Shown: positions 1 to 13,600 of the stretch, piece after piece
Numbering within the stretch: the first letter of the stretch is position 1
How the letters are laid out: each line of letters opens with the position of its first letter
Source of the DNA: Azolla caroliniana
Taxonomy: Eukaryota; Plantae; Polypodiophyta
Length of the DNA stretch: 64,000 nucleotides
Direction: 5' to 3'
NCBI GenBank assembly: GCA_043228905.1
Contig: JBHGNT010000011.1
Location: forward strand, 13,888,001 to 13,952,000
Made by a program: the position numbers and the translations under genes
The notes under the pieces: generated by a model
What the model was told of the DNA's origin: nothing
What the model saw: the letters and a program-made list of their open reading frames with translations, nothing else
The model's database searches: none

Positions 1-1055
1 GACCTGTCAATATCTTGCAAGCCTTTATTAAATTTCTATGAAGGGAATCTAAAGTTTGAGCCCATGTCATGGTAAAGTAAAAACATGAAAACTAAAACTT
101 CTAAACATGATGCAACCCTAAACTTCACTAACAAACTTGATCTTATCAATTATTGTCCTTAAACTACTTACTTATGAGATTCTAATATTTCCACATATTT
201 CACTAACATTTCAAAATGCTTGAAATATATTTCATATGTGACCACTGTACTAGGAGACATATAGGATCAAGAATCTTTGGTCAAAACAGGTTGCATTTTG
301 GTCACAAATATGCACCAAAGACAAAAAAAGAAATGGCACATTTCAATTACAGCATTTACATTTGTTCATCATTTCCTTCACCATTCATTGTATGTGTGCT
401 TGATCAACCTCAATCCATATCAATTTGCTTGTATGCTAGAATTCAGGTGCCAACGTAATCTTGTTGTTTGTATGATAAATTGAGCCTGAGTCTGATTTTG
501 TAATCTGTCCCTAGGATGGTCATTTCTTCAAGGTGATAATGCTTGATATGCACATGCTTTAGTATGCATTTGTTGGTGCTTAAATATGAAAATATGTGAG
601 CATGTATGTGTGTTTGTGTGAGTGTATCCTCGTTCTTGCTCAGAAGATCCATGTTTTTCATGTCTCCATGAAATGCATCAGTGGCCATTTTCGTACCCTA
701 ATTTTATGAACATTTCTAAATTGCATTGTATAATAGATATATACATTCTCCTCAAAAGATCCCTGAGAAAATAAGCCCTTGAAGAACCAAAAAATGCATG
801 ATAGACTGCCAAGCCTTGATCAGTAGTATACATTGAACATAATGGTTAAGTTTGCATTAAGGTAATAAAAATCCAAACGAAACTATTTCAGACTTCTACT
901 AAAAATCCTATTAATTTCATCGTATTTCCTCAAAAAATAAAATTATACTAAAATTCCCATTAAAATTTGTGGTATTTTCTCAGAGCTTCGTTATTATCAT
1001 GCATGGACAAGAAAGTTGTTGATTATTAAAGGAAAAAACATTGAGAGGTATTAAC

Positions 1056-1136
1056 CTTCCTCCGGTACAATTTTGCTGATGCCAATAGTTGATCAGCTTC
1101 TCTTTGAAGAGCTTCTTCATCGCCCGAAACGTCCAT
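1056..1136 (-). CDS. Possible first coding exon of a gene running off the left edge
   Basis: ATG at 1136 reads MDVSGDEEALQREADQLLASAKLYRRK (27 codons) and ends at an AAG|GTTAAT donor. A UTR-like GA/CT-rich tract lies upstream (1320-1480). Downstream exons and family not identified. Confidence 0.3.
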
Positions 1137-1564
1137 GGAGGTTTCGAAAATGGTGTTTTATTTCCAGTGTCCTCTTTAATAATAGATAAAAAGTGAGTAT
1201 TTTGCCGATAAAAACGCCATGCTTTTCCTACTGTGGGCCTGGAGCAATTCACAACAGTCCGATTTTAACATACAAAAGTTCTCCCTCTGTGGAAGGAAGG
1301 ATTTCGAAAAACCCGTAAATCAGTGAAAGAATCCTTCGAATGAACGATCTGAGAAATGAAAAGAAAGAGATGAAAGCAAACCCGACTCTTCTTCTTTCTC
1401 GTTTTCGCCTCTGCGTTCTCTCTCGCTCGCTCTCGCTACGTCTGTTATGCTTCTTCTTGAACTACATATATCTTTATACGTATTTACCAACGAAACCCTT
1501 AAGTTTCCATAATTCCCCAAAATGCCCCTAGCCTCTTTGCAGCTTGAACTACCCCCAAGCATTC

Positions 1565-2440
1565 CTTATATCCCTACACACCCAAAGGCCAAACCTCCTC
1601 CCCTCCATGGAAAACCAACATTTCCTCCGACGAATAATAGTTGCTCCCGTAGATGACTGACCCAACTACGTAGAGATATCGCTCCCGCCATTGTCGCTCG
1701 TAGATAGGTGAAAGTGACTTTGTATGGTGCTTGACATGAGGGATGCCACACAATCACTTAGATGCCAAGTTTTGAAGATGAATTGCATTGTCCCTTCTTA
1801 TTCGGTTTGAAGAATGCTTCGAGGAAGTCAACCATGAATCCCCCCATTCGATTGGATATGTTGCCGACATGCAAAGCTCCCTTTATGATAGCAAATCGGA
1901 GCCCCACACCAACAACCCCACCCAAATAAGAGGCATTGCTTCGCTTCCATATTGGTAATGAAAGTTATTGATAAGCTAAGTGCTACAAGAACCCAATACA
2001 AAGAGATGGATTTGTCGTTGACAACTTTGTACACACATGAGATAATCCAACATCAATACTTTCCCACCTATACAACAAGGTTGCGTGTAAGGGTTTCCAA
2101 AGAGTCTACCAAACCAACACTATTGTGCATTTTCTGAAAAACATTGTTTATATATCAAGCAACTACAAAACCAATCATGATAAGGCATCATTTGCCCAAT
2201 GTATATGGATTTGTTTTAGAGCATAAGTTGAATTGTTGTGTTCAACATCATGGAATAAAGCATTAGGGAAATGAAGTTTTAAGAAAGGATATTCCACTTT
2301 GGAGCAAATACTCACTCGTGGATCCATAAAGTGAGGAGAGCCAAGCATGTGGAAACAATGCATTTTTTTGTTTGTAGACTTCCATATGACTTTTGACATA
2401 GTTTCAAGAGCTTGACTAGTGAAGAGGATATTGAACAATT
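1565..2440 (-). mobile_element. Possible highly decayed L1-type LINE 3' fragment
   Basis: Broken frames give VIWKSTNKK/KCIVSTCLALL and LLVWGSDLL, loosely resembling the zf-RVT/C-terminal region of the clearer LINE at 45144-46376. Many stops, no TSD seen. Confidence 0.25.
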
Positions 2441-4051
2441 GTGTTCCAAAGGAGACACGATGATGGATTCATGCATCATATGTAATCTATGATGGTCAAA
2501 GAGTGAGGCCCAGGGGAGATGCCCTTTTTATTGAAATGTGAATTCACTAGAAAGTTATTCACTCTCATCCACAATTTTTGTGGTTTACTACTAATAGTCA
2601 TTGACATATTAAGTGGGGCATGAGTTAACTCTCGATATTTACGGTACATATTTGTACCCTGATGACATCATATTAATTTCAAATTCATACGAGAGACTAC
2701 ATAGTGTGAGCTACTCTTGAAGTATTGAAGACAAGCATGAGTATGAATAAAGTTGTCGAATTTCAAATTTATAAGTGTTATCAATTCTAGTTTTTACCAC
2801 TTCCATTGAGAAAATGACTAGAGGTTGCTTCTGAATATTCATAAAAGACAAAGAATTCATGATCTTGGAAACTATTGTCCAAAGTTTGGTTTATCATCTA
2901 ATAGCCCATGGGAGCTATGTTCATGTATGTTTTCAGTTGGTTTTGTACAAGGAATGAGACAACAATACTTGCACATATATATAGCAACAGTGGAAGTAAT
3001 TCATTTATTGATATAGCAATAATGGAGTTAGTTCAGGTTGAACTCATGTAGGGACCATGGATCATGCAAATAATAATTAAATATGGCAACAATATTTTAG
3101 GGCTAATGGGTGACACGGGGTTGAAAAGACATAATGAGTATGCATCAACCTGAAAGTATAAAGTTAACATTAATATCTTATAGTTATTGCAAACTTGGGT
3201 GTTTCTTTGAGATACTTTTCTGTAACCATTGAGAATTTCTATGCTTCTTTTGATGCCCAAATATTGGAGCATTGATGTGTTAACTCCTCTTGCGCCAGGG
3301 CTCATGGAATCCAAGGGTATATTGTATTTTTACCTTTCGAGAACATCATTCCGAAATATTTACCTTTACATAAACTGATAGAAACTTTTGTGCATAAAAC
3401 TAGACATTGATAGCTTTTGTGTACATACAAACTAATATATGTTTTAAAATATATTTACAAGGACTAACAAGTATTTCGAGTTCGAGTGGAAAAATATCCA
3501 TAGACCTAAGTGATTTCACTTCCATTCACTGTACCGTTGAGTAAAATGTAGGTAAAGCTCTTCGTGTTTACAAAGAAAACAAAGTTTGACCCAAAGTGTG
3601 TAGCTTTCTTTGCTAAACTAAATAATTGTTTTGTTTTCTCACTAACTTCCTATTTTTTATATTTTCATATAATTATAAACAACTCATATTCGAAGAGATA
3701 TTATGTTGATGGGTTAAGATCCTATAGAGGCAATCATCAAGATACCAATAATGACCAACATGACCCCATAAAATGCAAAACCATTAAAATCTAGATATAT
3801 CCCTTCGTGGCTCAATTTTTTATTAGCTTGCCAATATAGTGTGAAAGGCATAGAGACAAGGTTATTTGTTGTTGTAACTTCTAGGAATTTCTCATCAAAA
3901 GTTATTTGAGACACCCATGGTATATTGGATTAGTTAGTAATCACAACAAAGTAATCATTTATCTTCCTTGCTTCATGTTGCATAGCATGTGCGCTAGTCT
4001 TAGTGCATAACATGTGTGTTATTCTTTTTTGCCTTTCCTACCTGGATGTGC

Positions 4052-4224
4052 AATATGAGCGAGCTTGTACAAACAAGAGCCATGGATGGCTATGGAACAT
4101 GTGTATTGACACTTGGTTGGATCTTTCTATCCAATCATATCGATCATTGGAATATGAGAGAGCTTACACAAACAATAGCTACAAGTCATTGTCGAATACG
4201 TGCATTGGCATATGGTTGGATCTT
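4052..4224. repeat. Diverged tandem duplication, 99-bp period
   Basis: AATATGAG.GAGCTT..ACAAACAA...TGGTTGGATCTT starts at both 4052 and 4151. Confidence 0.75.
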
Positions 4225-4517
4225 AGTTTCTAATGTACAAATTGAGGAATCTTCATTTTCTTTTTGTATGCATAAAAAATAACGTTTAGACTTAAAATTT
4301 CTTCGTAAATCATCTTAGGAATACAAACTTTTATCAATGTGTTGTGCAACATCCTTCGTTTTTTCTAAAGCAAGGACTCTAATCTACGTCTCAGGTTCCT
4401 CATTTCTCAAACCAATATCTAAGATCATGAGTCTAACTTGATACAATATACTTTGAGAGAAAGAGAGGGAGAGAACACGACAAAGTCTCAAATGAATGGT
4501 GCATGCATTCATCACAT

Positions 4518-4586
4518 GAATCATATGCTTTGTAGAATGGGGTTTTCACTAGAATCATATGCTTTGTAGAATGGGGTTTTCACTAG
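4518..4586. repeat. Perfect 34-bp direct repeat x2
   Basis: GAATCATATGCTTTGTAGAATGGGGTTTTCACTA occurs twice in tandem. Confidence 0.9.
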
Positions 4587-4941
4587 TGGGCCGGTATTTG
4601 TGTGTGGTATGCTATGCCAATTCTCTTCAAGGTCATGTGACGGGAAAATTTCCCCGGCCAGGCAGGCATGTTGGAACCCGGGCGAGACGAAAAATGAGAT
4701 CGCAGAATGCAATATGTACCAAATGTAAATTAATATAGGTCATGAAATTTACAAGTAAAAAAAACACAAACAAAAACAAGACAAATAAAAATAAAGCAGA
4801 ACACATAGAAGGCAGCGGTAAATATGTATGTATAAAAGCCCAAATCCCTTCTCTCTTTCTTTACCACATGTTTTCGCCTCCCTACATCCAAAAACACACT
4901 GTGCTCTCTCACTCACACGTGTGTGCCCATGTACGCCATTA

Positions 4942-4942
<1 letters not shown>

Positions 4943-4984
<42 letters not shown>
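4943..4984. repeat. (CA)21 microsatellite upstream of the methyltransferase gene
   Basis: Direct read of the sequence; followed by a CT-rich, UTR-like tract including (CT)n at about 5217-5237. Confidence 0.95.
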
Positions 4985-4986
<2 letters not shown>

Positions 4987-6587
4987 CACACGCACGCACT
5001 GTGTCTTAGTAGCCTGTCTCCAGTTCCTGCAAAAAGCTCGCCATTCTCTTAAAAGCTTCGCGACGCCATCGCTGTTCCGCCAGGCCGTGCGCTGCGCAGC
5101 CTCCTTCCTGCTTTCTTCTCTCCTCGTCACTTTCCCTCATCTTTCTTTGAACCACCTTTCATCTCTTTCTCGTCTTATACTTCTGTAGCTAAGCTACCTT
5201 ATCATTCATCCATCCATCTCTCTCTCTCTCTCTCTCTTATACGAATCTTCGAAACAGATAAACAAGTAGCCTATTGATTCGCGGAAGAACGAGAATAGCT
5301 GGATCCTGTTCGATAGCTGCTTTCTTCCTCCAGCAAAAACTGTCGCTTCCGGATCAGCTAGAGCTTCAGAAGCTTTAACATTCTCGTGATGGTGAATATG
5401 AGCTTCGTGATGAGACGATTTTAAATTCGATCAATGTTGAGCTTCCGATCCTTCCACTTTCGTAACAAAAAAGTGATGAAAATTTAGAAGCTAATCCTTC
5501 TGTCCACAATCACCTCTTGAATTTGACATTAAAGTTTTAGTTTGAAGTCTTTTGCAGAAGAAATCGCTCCTTTCGGAACTCTCTTTAGAGGCAGCTGTAT
5601 TGAGAGCGCTTCCTTTTCTTTGGTTTTCTGATCAGCTGAGCTTCAGAATCTCTCTCGATGGAGAATGAGCAACAGAAGCTATTTAGTTGATACGAAAGAA
5701 GTCTAGATAAATAATGAGCTTCAGATTAAGCTAATAATCCACCCTCCCCAAAACACCCACCCCAACCCACCCACACATCAACATATCAATTCCTCCGTTC
5801 TTTTAAGGGGAATCCTTCTCGTTTGCACAAGAAAAGGTTCAGTTTCAACACTCTTGCTCTTCGCTCAGTCACAATTTTGAGAATTTCACATGTCTTCTGA
5901 AAATTCGATTTTCTGATCAGCTGAGGCTTAGAAATAACCTCTGATTTCGATAAAGAAGAGATGAAATAAATAGGTTTTACCAAAGTTGTTTGAAGGTGAA
6001 TGACTTTGATGTCGAGACTCTTATCTTTCTGTGCACAATCATTGCGTTTTGAGGGGAGGATCCATCTGTTTCGCAGAACAAAAACTACATTAACAGAAAT
6101 TGTTTCTCCAGCTGGTCCACATTCTCTGCCGTATTGAATCTGGTTTTCTCAGCTCAACTTTGAAGTTTTTTCAACAAGAAGAGTTTTGAGGATGAGCTTC
6201 AGAAAGAATTCTCCGAAAGAACGCTAATAAAGAAGAGAATCGAATGATAATTCAGGGTGAGTTATTGATCATAGAAACGGTTGAAAGATGATGATTGAAT
6301 GGGCTGTATTTCTTCTGCATCTTACAACTGTCTTTAGTATACTGCATTCTTAGATTTTAGGAATTGACATTCCATCCAACATCAGAAGCTTTTCAAGAAG
6401 AAGGATCAAACGACAATTCTGGTGAATCTTTGATCATTGCTTTTGTACAAAGGCTTGAAAGAAGAATGAATGAATATCTCTGTGGTGTTCAGCTGAATTC
6501 CGCAATTATTTTAAGAAAAGAAGAAGAAAGCTCAGAAAGACAAATGAAAGTTTGAGTAGATTTGAACCTTCCTTTGTTTACGATAGT

Positions 6588-7011
6588 TATACAAGCTATC
6601 TCCATTTGCACATGTAGGATATGTAAACAAGAGGATATTGACTGACTTTAGAACTTCAGAAGCTTCTGAAGAAAAAGGAGAAGAAGGAGTAGGAGAAGAA
6701 AAAGACGCACTCAAAATTCAGAGTAAGTCATACATTGTGTTTTCTTCACTGCAGAAAGCCTGGAAAACATTAAAGAACTGTTCTCTTTACAGCTTTCTCC
6801 ATTTGCACAGCCTGAAATAAACTATACAAGCTATCTCCATTTGCACAGTCTAGGATATGTAAAGAAGAGGATATTGACTGATCTAGAACTTCAGAAGCTT
6901 CTGAAGAAAAAGGAGAAGGAGGAGGAGAAGAAGACGCACTGAAAATTCAAAGTCATACAATGCTTTTTCTGCACTGCACAAAGCCTGGAAGACATTAAAA
7001 AACTGTTCTCT
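6588..7011. repeat. About 235-bp-period tandem duplication in the presumed 5'UTR intron
   Basis: TATACAAGCTATCTCCATTTGCACA...AACTGTTCTCT at 6588-6787 and 6823-7011, with scattered substitutions and indels. Confidence 0.9.
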
Positions 7012-7608
7012 AGATTTCATTCTCTAGAACTTTCTTACTATTTAGAAAAAGAATAAGAAGAGCAGCCTTTCTTTTCTTAGGTATTGCATTAATTACGAAC
7101 ATTATTTGTAACATGTTAACATTTTACTTTCTCCTGAACTTTTTCATCACTCTTGTTATCATGAACTCCATGCTATTTTTTAACTATAGTACATACAGTC
7201 CTCCTTATATACCAGTGTTGCCAAGGTCAGGTTTAAGGTCATATTTCCTTATCCATATTCGCAAAGGTCATGTTTTACTCTGCTTCCAAAGAATTATAGC
7301 ATATTATATGCTCCGATAATTAGAACTTAGTTCTAACTGTAATGCAGCATGACATAACACTTACAATGGCGTGCAGGTTCATGGATCTTATTTTGAGATG
7401 GTGTATTATATGTTCTGGTAATGATAATTTAGTTCTAAATGTAATGCAGCATGACACAGCACTTTCAATGGCTTGCAGGTTCGTGAACCTTATGCTAAAT
7501 GACAGTTGAAAGGTCCATCCAGTTGATGATTCCTTCAGATGTTTCCGAGAATGGTCTCAATTCCTCAGAATTTTAGCAGATTAGAGTTATCTATTTGACA
7601 TTGCTACC

Positions 7609-10600
7609 ATGTCAGAGGAGTTTATAAAAGTCAATAATTTGGGAGATTCTCATGGCGACAGCAGTCTCTTTAGTATGCATACATCAGAAGCTCCATCCTT
7701 TAATTCCTTTCATACAAATCGTTCGAGCTCATTCGTTGGTCTGTCGACTACACAATATCAGAACAAGAAAGGCTTGTTCTCACCTCTGGCAATGATCATC
7801 GTGCTATCTTTTGCCAGCATCTTTGTTCTTTTTGCTGTCCTTCGTTCGAAAACTATTGCTTATAATAATTCAGGTCACTCAGGCCCTAGGCTTATTATGA
7901 ATTCATATAGGTGGCTTCAAGAAGATTTCTGGTCGTTTGATCTGAGAGCTGGAGGTATTTTCGGTTTAGGTGCTATTCACCCCACAGAGTTACTATTCTG
8001 TGCTAAAAGTATGGAGCATTATGTACCATGTTATAATGTTTCATTGGCAAGAAAGGCAGGGCTGGGAAATGATGACGATATATTACATGATAGACATTGT
8101 GACTTATCTGGATCTTCTCAGCATTGTTTGGTGCGACCTCCTAAGAATTACCATGTGCCTCCTCGATGGCCTCGTTCAAAGAAAACTGTCTATGCTGGAA
8201 ACATGAAGACACTGCATGATGATCTAAAGGAAGCAAAGGTGGAAAGGTAATGATTGTGATGAATGAGATCAGACAGTTAAATTGTTTTTCTTTGGTGTTA
8301 ATTCATTAATAAAGCATCCTCTAAAAATTATGAACTCCTAGGATTTCATTGGGTGAGGATAGTATGCTAACTTTCATGATATCCCAAGATGTGGATGGAG
8401 CAGAAGCACATTTTCAGAAGATTGCTAGAATCCTTGGCGTTCCAGATGACAGTTCATTCAGCCGGCTTGGGGTAAGTGATATCTCACCTCTCGACCATAT
8501 CAGATTCCTTAGCTAATCAAATACAATAAGGTAGGACACATGTTTATTTACTTTCTGCTCTAAGACACCATGGAACCGATAATACCACATACGGTGATCT
8601 TTGAAAGAGCTTACCAAGGTGATAAAATATAATAACATAGGCCACCTCTTTGTCCGTCTCCTTTCTAGTAGACCACTGGAATTGGTATGGTTTGATACCA
8701 ATTACAACTTGTGTATTACGTATGGTTGATCTTTGAAATAGCTTACAATGATTTCTTGGAACAAGCCTAAGCTATTCACTTGAAAAAGTTAAAGTTATTA
8801 GCATTGGAGGAGTTTGGAGGTGTGAGAATTAGCAATTAATTATAATAGGTGATGCCTCTCAACATCATGATTAGATCCAATTGTGTTCATAACTGAAGTT
8901 GTGGTCTCTTATGGTGAAGGCATGCGTTCAAATCTAGAATCTTTTATCATAAAAACTTAGTTAGAAATCAATCATCTCAAAATCACATACCCCAAGCAGT
9001 ATAATTAGATTTTAGATCATTCAGCCCTTTCAGATATATCCAAATGAATTATTTGCATTTGAAATGTGATATTAAACCTTTAAAAATCCAAAACGTACCT
9101 TCAAATGCTAGGTCATAGTAATTTGTAGTCATTCCCTGATAGTATAGGTTACATTTTAACGATTTTGAACCTCATTAAGAACTTCCCAAGGTTCAAAATT
9201 ACTAACAAAATAAAATCTCAGCTCTACAAGCAACCATATGGCAACTCGAAAACATTATATTATCAAATCTCTATCTAATAGATATTTAGATCCTAAAATG
9301 TTTTTATTCCTAAAATTTAAGTTGTATGTTATATGTTTAGGCAAGCTATATGTTTTTATTCCTAAAATTGAACTCCACATTTCATCCTCTTTTCTCTCAT
9401 GATAAATTCTTGGAAACTGTTGTCTAGGGTGAACTTATAGCCTAGATTCTACCAGCAACAAGGAATTAAGTTGATGCTGTACGTTTCACATCCTCAGAGG
9501 CCCACAGGACTACATTTCACATATAGTTGGAAACTATTCATTCTTTCCAGAAACTTGTTTATGGAATAGTTTAATTATTCCAATGAGGCAAGTCAGATCT
9601 ACTGGTCATCTTTTACTGATTAGTCTTGATTCGTTCATCTTGCAATCTTCCTCTTATTTGGCAGCTGCTGATGTTTTCTCTTTTTTACTTCTGGCCCTCT
9701 TTCATGTTAGCAAGTTACAAGTTTATATTCTCGAACTTTCAACTTCTCACATATCATGCTCTTTTCCCTGAATACAAATATGTGGAATCTGTCGACTAGG
9801 GTGTCACTGTTTACATACTATTGGTGACAAGAAACTAAGATGATAATGTATATTTTATACCTGATGAGGTCCACATGACTATATTTGCCACATAGTTGGA
9901 AACTAGTTATGCTTTCCGGAAACTTTGTTATGGAATTGTTTAACTATCCCAAGGAAGCAAAGTCAGCTATATGGTTCACCTTTACTGATCAGTCCCAATT
10001 CAGTCATCTTGTATTCTTTGTCTTACTTATCAGTTGGTACTTCATTTCTAATATGCATATGAGCAAGACTATTTTTGACATCATCTATACATGTCTAATG
10101 GCCAAACACATTTAGTTTTATGAAGATCTTAAAGTTTCACTGATTCTGGTCCTATGAGGAAATTAGCACATCATTATCATGTTGCATCTTGTTTGCCATT
10201 TAATTACAAAACAAGGTGAAAATTCAACCAGTATATCTGTTAACCTTGTATCTACATGACGCAATGATAGTCATCCTCTTGACTATGAATAGAGTTGTAG
10301 AAAACCCCATTTTTTTCAACTTTACGTGCTTTCTTATTATTGTTTGAAGCAGCTGTAACTTCATCCAGATAATGTGGCTCAGTTATAATTAGCTTCCCAT
10401 ATAGCAACCCTCTAAAACCTGGATGATTTTGTATAACAGGCTCAAATAAATACATACTACCCACTGGTAGGATAAAATAATTTCTGCATGCCATTATTGA
10501 ACAGTTTTTTGGTTGATTTCAAAAATATACTTGTATAAAATCGTGTAGTCTTTTTAACATTTTGCCACAAATTCTCGCATGCTGTGTACCTTATATAATC

Positions 10601-13600
10601 AATGTTTTGAACAGGGTCGTTTTATTTGTGCTTTATGTAATTCTTCTATTTCTTGACCCTTCCAGATCAAAAAGGTGCTCAATATTGGTTGTAGCTATGG
10701 AAGCTATTTGGCATATCTCCTTTCAAGAAATTTTACGTCGTTATGTGTATCTCCTTATCAAGAGGAGAACAATCAAGTACAATTAACTCTTGATAGGGGC
10801 CTGCCTGCCATGATTGCTTCCCCTCTTACCAAACAATTTCCATTTCCAGCAGCATCATTTAACATGATTCACTGTGCTGATTGTGGAATCGACTGGAGTC
10901 AAAAGAGTAAGAGCTTTTACTTTCATTTCTTTGTCATTCTAAAAACAACGGAATGCTGTCAACAGTTTGCAATTGACTTAATATGGATTTGTCAAGTTTT
11001 GTAACTGGAGACTTAAAAAATTGTAAGTTAAAGATTGTATCATATTGGTTCCTTGAATGGCTGAAAACTTAATTAACCCAAGTGAATGTATCCAGTAGCT
11101 TGGCTCCTACACTCACAACATTGTGGGCCTCAATTAGTCGATGATGGTGGTTGGATTAAAATTTGGGATGAGAGGCAAACTAAGATTTCAGATCCAATGT
11201 CCAATACTCATAAAATATGAGAAAAGTAGTCCAGAAAATCAGAATGATAGGAAAAAATAGTCTCTTTCACATGGATCATAAATGAACTTTTGAAGTGCAT
11301 AGTTACATTTGGTGCGTCAGAATATTCAGGAAGAGGATACTGAAAGTACGAGGTTAAGTAAAAAAATCTAGAGGGGAAGGATGTGCAACATGAAGGTTAG
11401 AGGAATTAAAAAAAAACCTAAACCCATCCTAATCACAGATGTAATACATATGGGAACTAGGGGTGGTGATGATGACGGTGATGATAGGAAGATTATATTA
11501 GATTCAATTAGATATTTTTTAGTGTCCATAGAGAGGTCAATATTGACACATGGGACCTAATATACACATGTTTTCTTGATGTCTGTCTCCTTCCTAAGAA
11601 GGGATATTCATACTTCGAAGCACAAAATCTCGATGTGCGAATAAGGCATACACATATGAGCTCAACCTTCTAGGTGTTCGCTTTATCGTGACACTGAAGG
11701 CATCACCCCCTCTTAATATGTCATTGTAGCTTTCACGAATTGCACTATATGCAGAGCATGTAAAAAGCTAGTGGTACTCATCCTCAACTAGCCCTTCCTT
11801 GCATACCTTACATGCCTTTATATTTGGCGGATTTTGATGCCATAATGCAACTTCAATACCTAGCTTGTGTGATCGAGTGCGAAGGTGTAAGGGCTCTACA
11901 AGAGTTAATACTCATGTTAGTGATGAGATAAGGTTGAATATGATCAACAGGCTGTCTTGCCTTATATTGAATCCACTAGAGAGGAAGCCATTTTTAAAGT
12001 TTAGGCAATGAAAATTCAATGGTGGAAAATGCAAGCTATCTGACAAAAGTTGCTTTCAACTTTGAGTATGTTTAAGCTTGTGATTACATTGATTGACAAA
12101 ACATGATAGGACAATACAAAACTGGATGTGAGTACTTAAGCTTCTTTTCCAGAAAAGTTTCTTCAACTCATTTCTACTTTGGTCTCTAGTGCTGGCATTT
12201 GTGATGATTTGTTCACCGCTTTCGTCATACTCTATTAATCCATTAACATTATTTGTAAGCCTAGAAAACCGCAACTCTATGGCAGTCTCTTTTGGATTGT
12301 AGTTGTATCAGTTGTTTATGTAAAGCAATGGTGATGATGAAGAAGAAGAAAGTTGAGTGGGGAAACGTGCAGCAAAGAAAAGGGGGTTATCAAATTGAGC
12401 TATGGTTCAGCAGGCCATTAGTTTGATATGTACATTCATATTTTTTATCATGTACATACCTGTGATGTGAATGGAGATGACATAGCTTATAGGTTTCTAG
12501 GCAATACGATGAATGTGAAGGTCTTGCACGTCTTGATGTAGGTGTTGCAGTTTGTGTGTGCATAGGTTTGCATGCTTTTTCCTTCTATTGTATTCATTAT
12601 TCAAACACACTGCAGTTTTCACCCCGTATTATTGTCATCTTTCACTTCCAGTATAGAAATATAGTATGTTGATTGGATCCTGAAGGTCTTGCACTTCTTG
12701 AACCATTAAGCCATGGTTTTATGGTTTGGTTTTGGCTCAAACTGAACCACTGCCAATTTCTAGTTATAAGTTGTAAGCTATAATTTATACTAGATAATTT
12801 ATGAATTAAGTCAAGTTGAATAAACCACAAATGTTAAACTGATATAATTTGAAACTGAACTGTTCTCCCAAGCAAAAGTGAACAATTTTTCAATGTTGGA
12901 ACTTAAACCAAACCAAACTGTGAAGACATTAAGTTGTTAAGCTATGCTTTTGTGGTACAGTTTTCGCTGCCGGTTGCTACTCTAATGTAACTGCTGCTTT
13001 CTGAAATTTGGTGATATGTATACTGTTTACTGAAACTCATTCTTGTGAATCTTGGAATTCAGAAAATCATGAGGCTTATAATATTATCACTTGCAGATGA
13101 CAATTAATCTGATCATGATGCTAAATCTTAATCTGAATGATATAAACCTATTTCCTACTTTATCCAAAATTGTGGCTCAATTTTTGAGCTTGTATGTTTG
13201 ATTATGGTGTTTATATTCATGCTTGATTATGTGCATGTTTGTAAGGACATATATATGTATGTAGGTATTAAGAGCCAGGAAAACACAATAATTTTTTTGA
13301 AATATACATTATGAAAGATACATAAATAAGTGAACAAATATTAATTCAATTAGGATTTATATGGGCCTATAAGTCCTAAATCACGTGATAACTTCCTGTC
13401 TGTGGATATAGATGGGCTACTGCTCTTTGAAATAGATAGGCTACTATCTCTGGAAGGGTACTTTGTGTGGATGATGTCTTCAAAATATATTGTTACTGAA
13501 CAAATGCTCCAAAGCATAGACGATGCTGCAAAGAGCATGTGCTGGACATCGATTTCTAACAAAGATCGTGCTATTGTGTGGAGGAAGACTACTAATGTTG

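Noticed and set aside
4742-5188. 148-aa ORF with an HT repeat
   Set aside because: Translation of the (CA)n microsatellite; no protein motifs.
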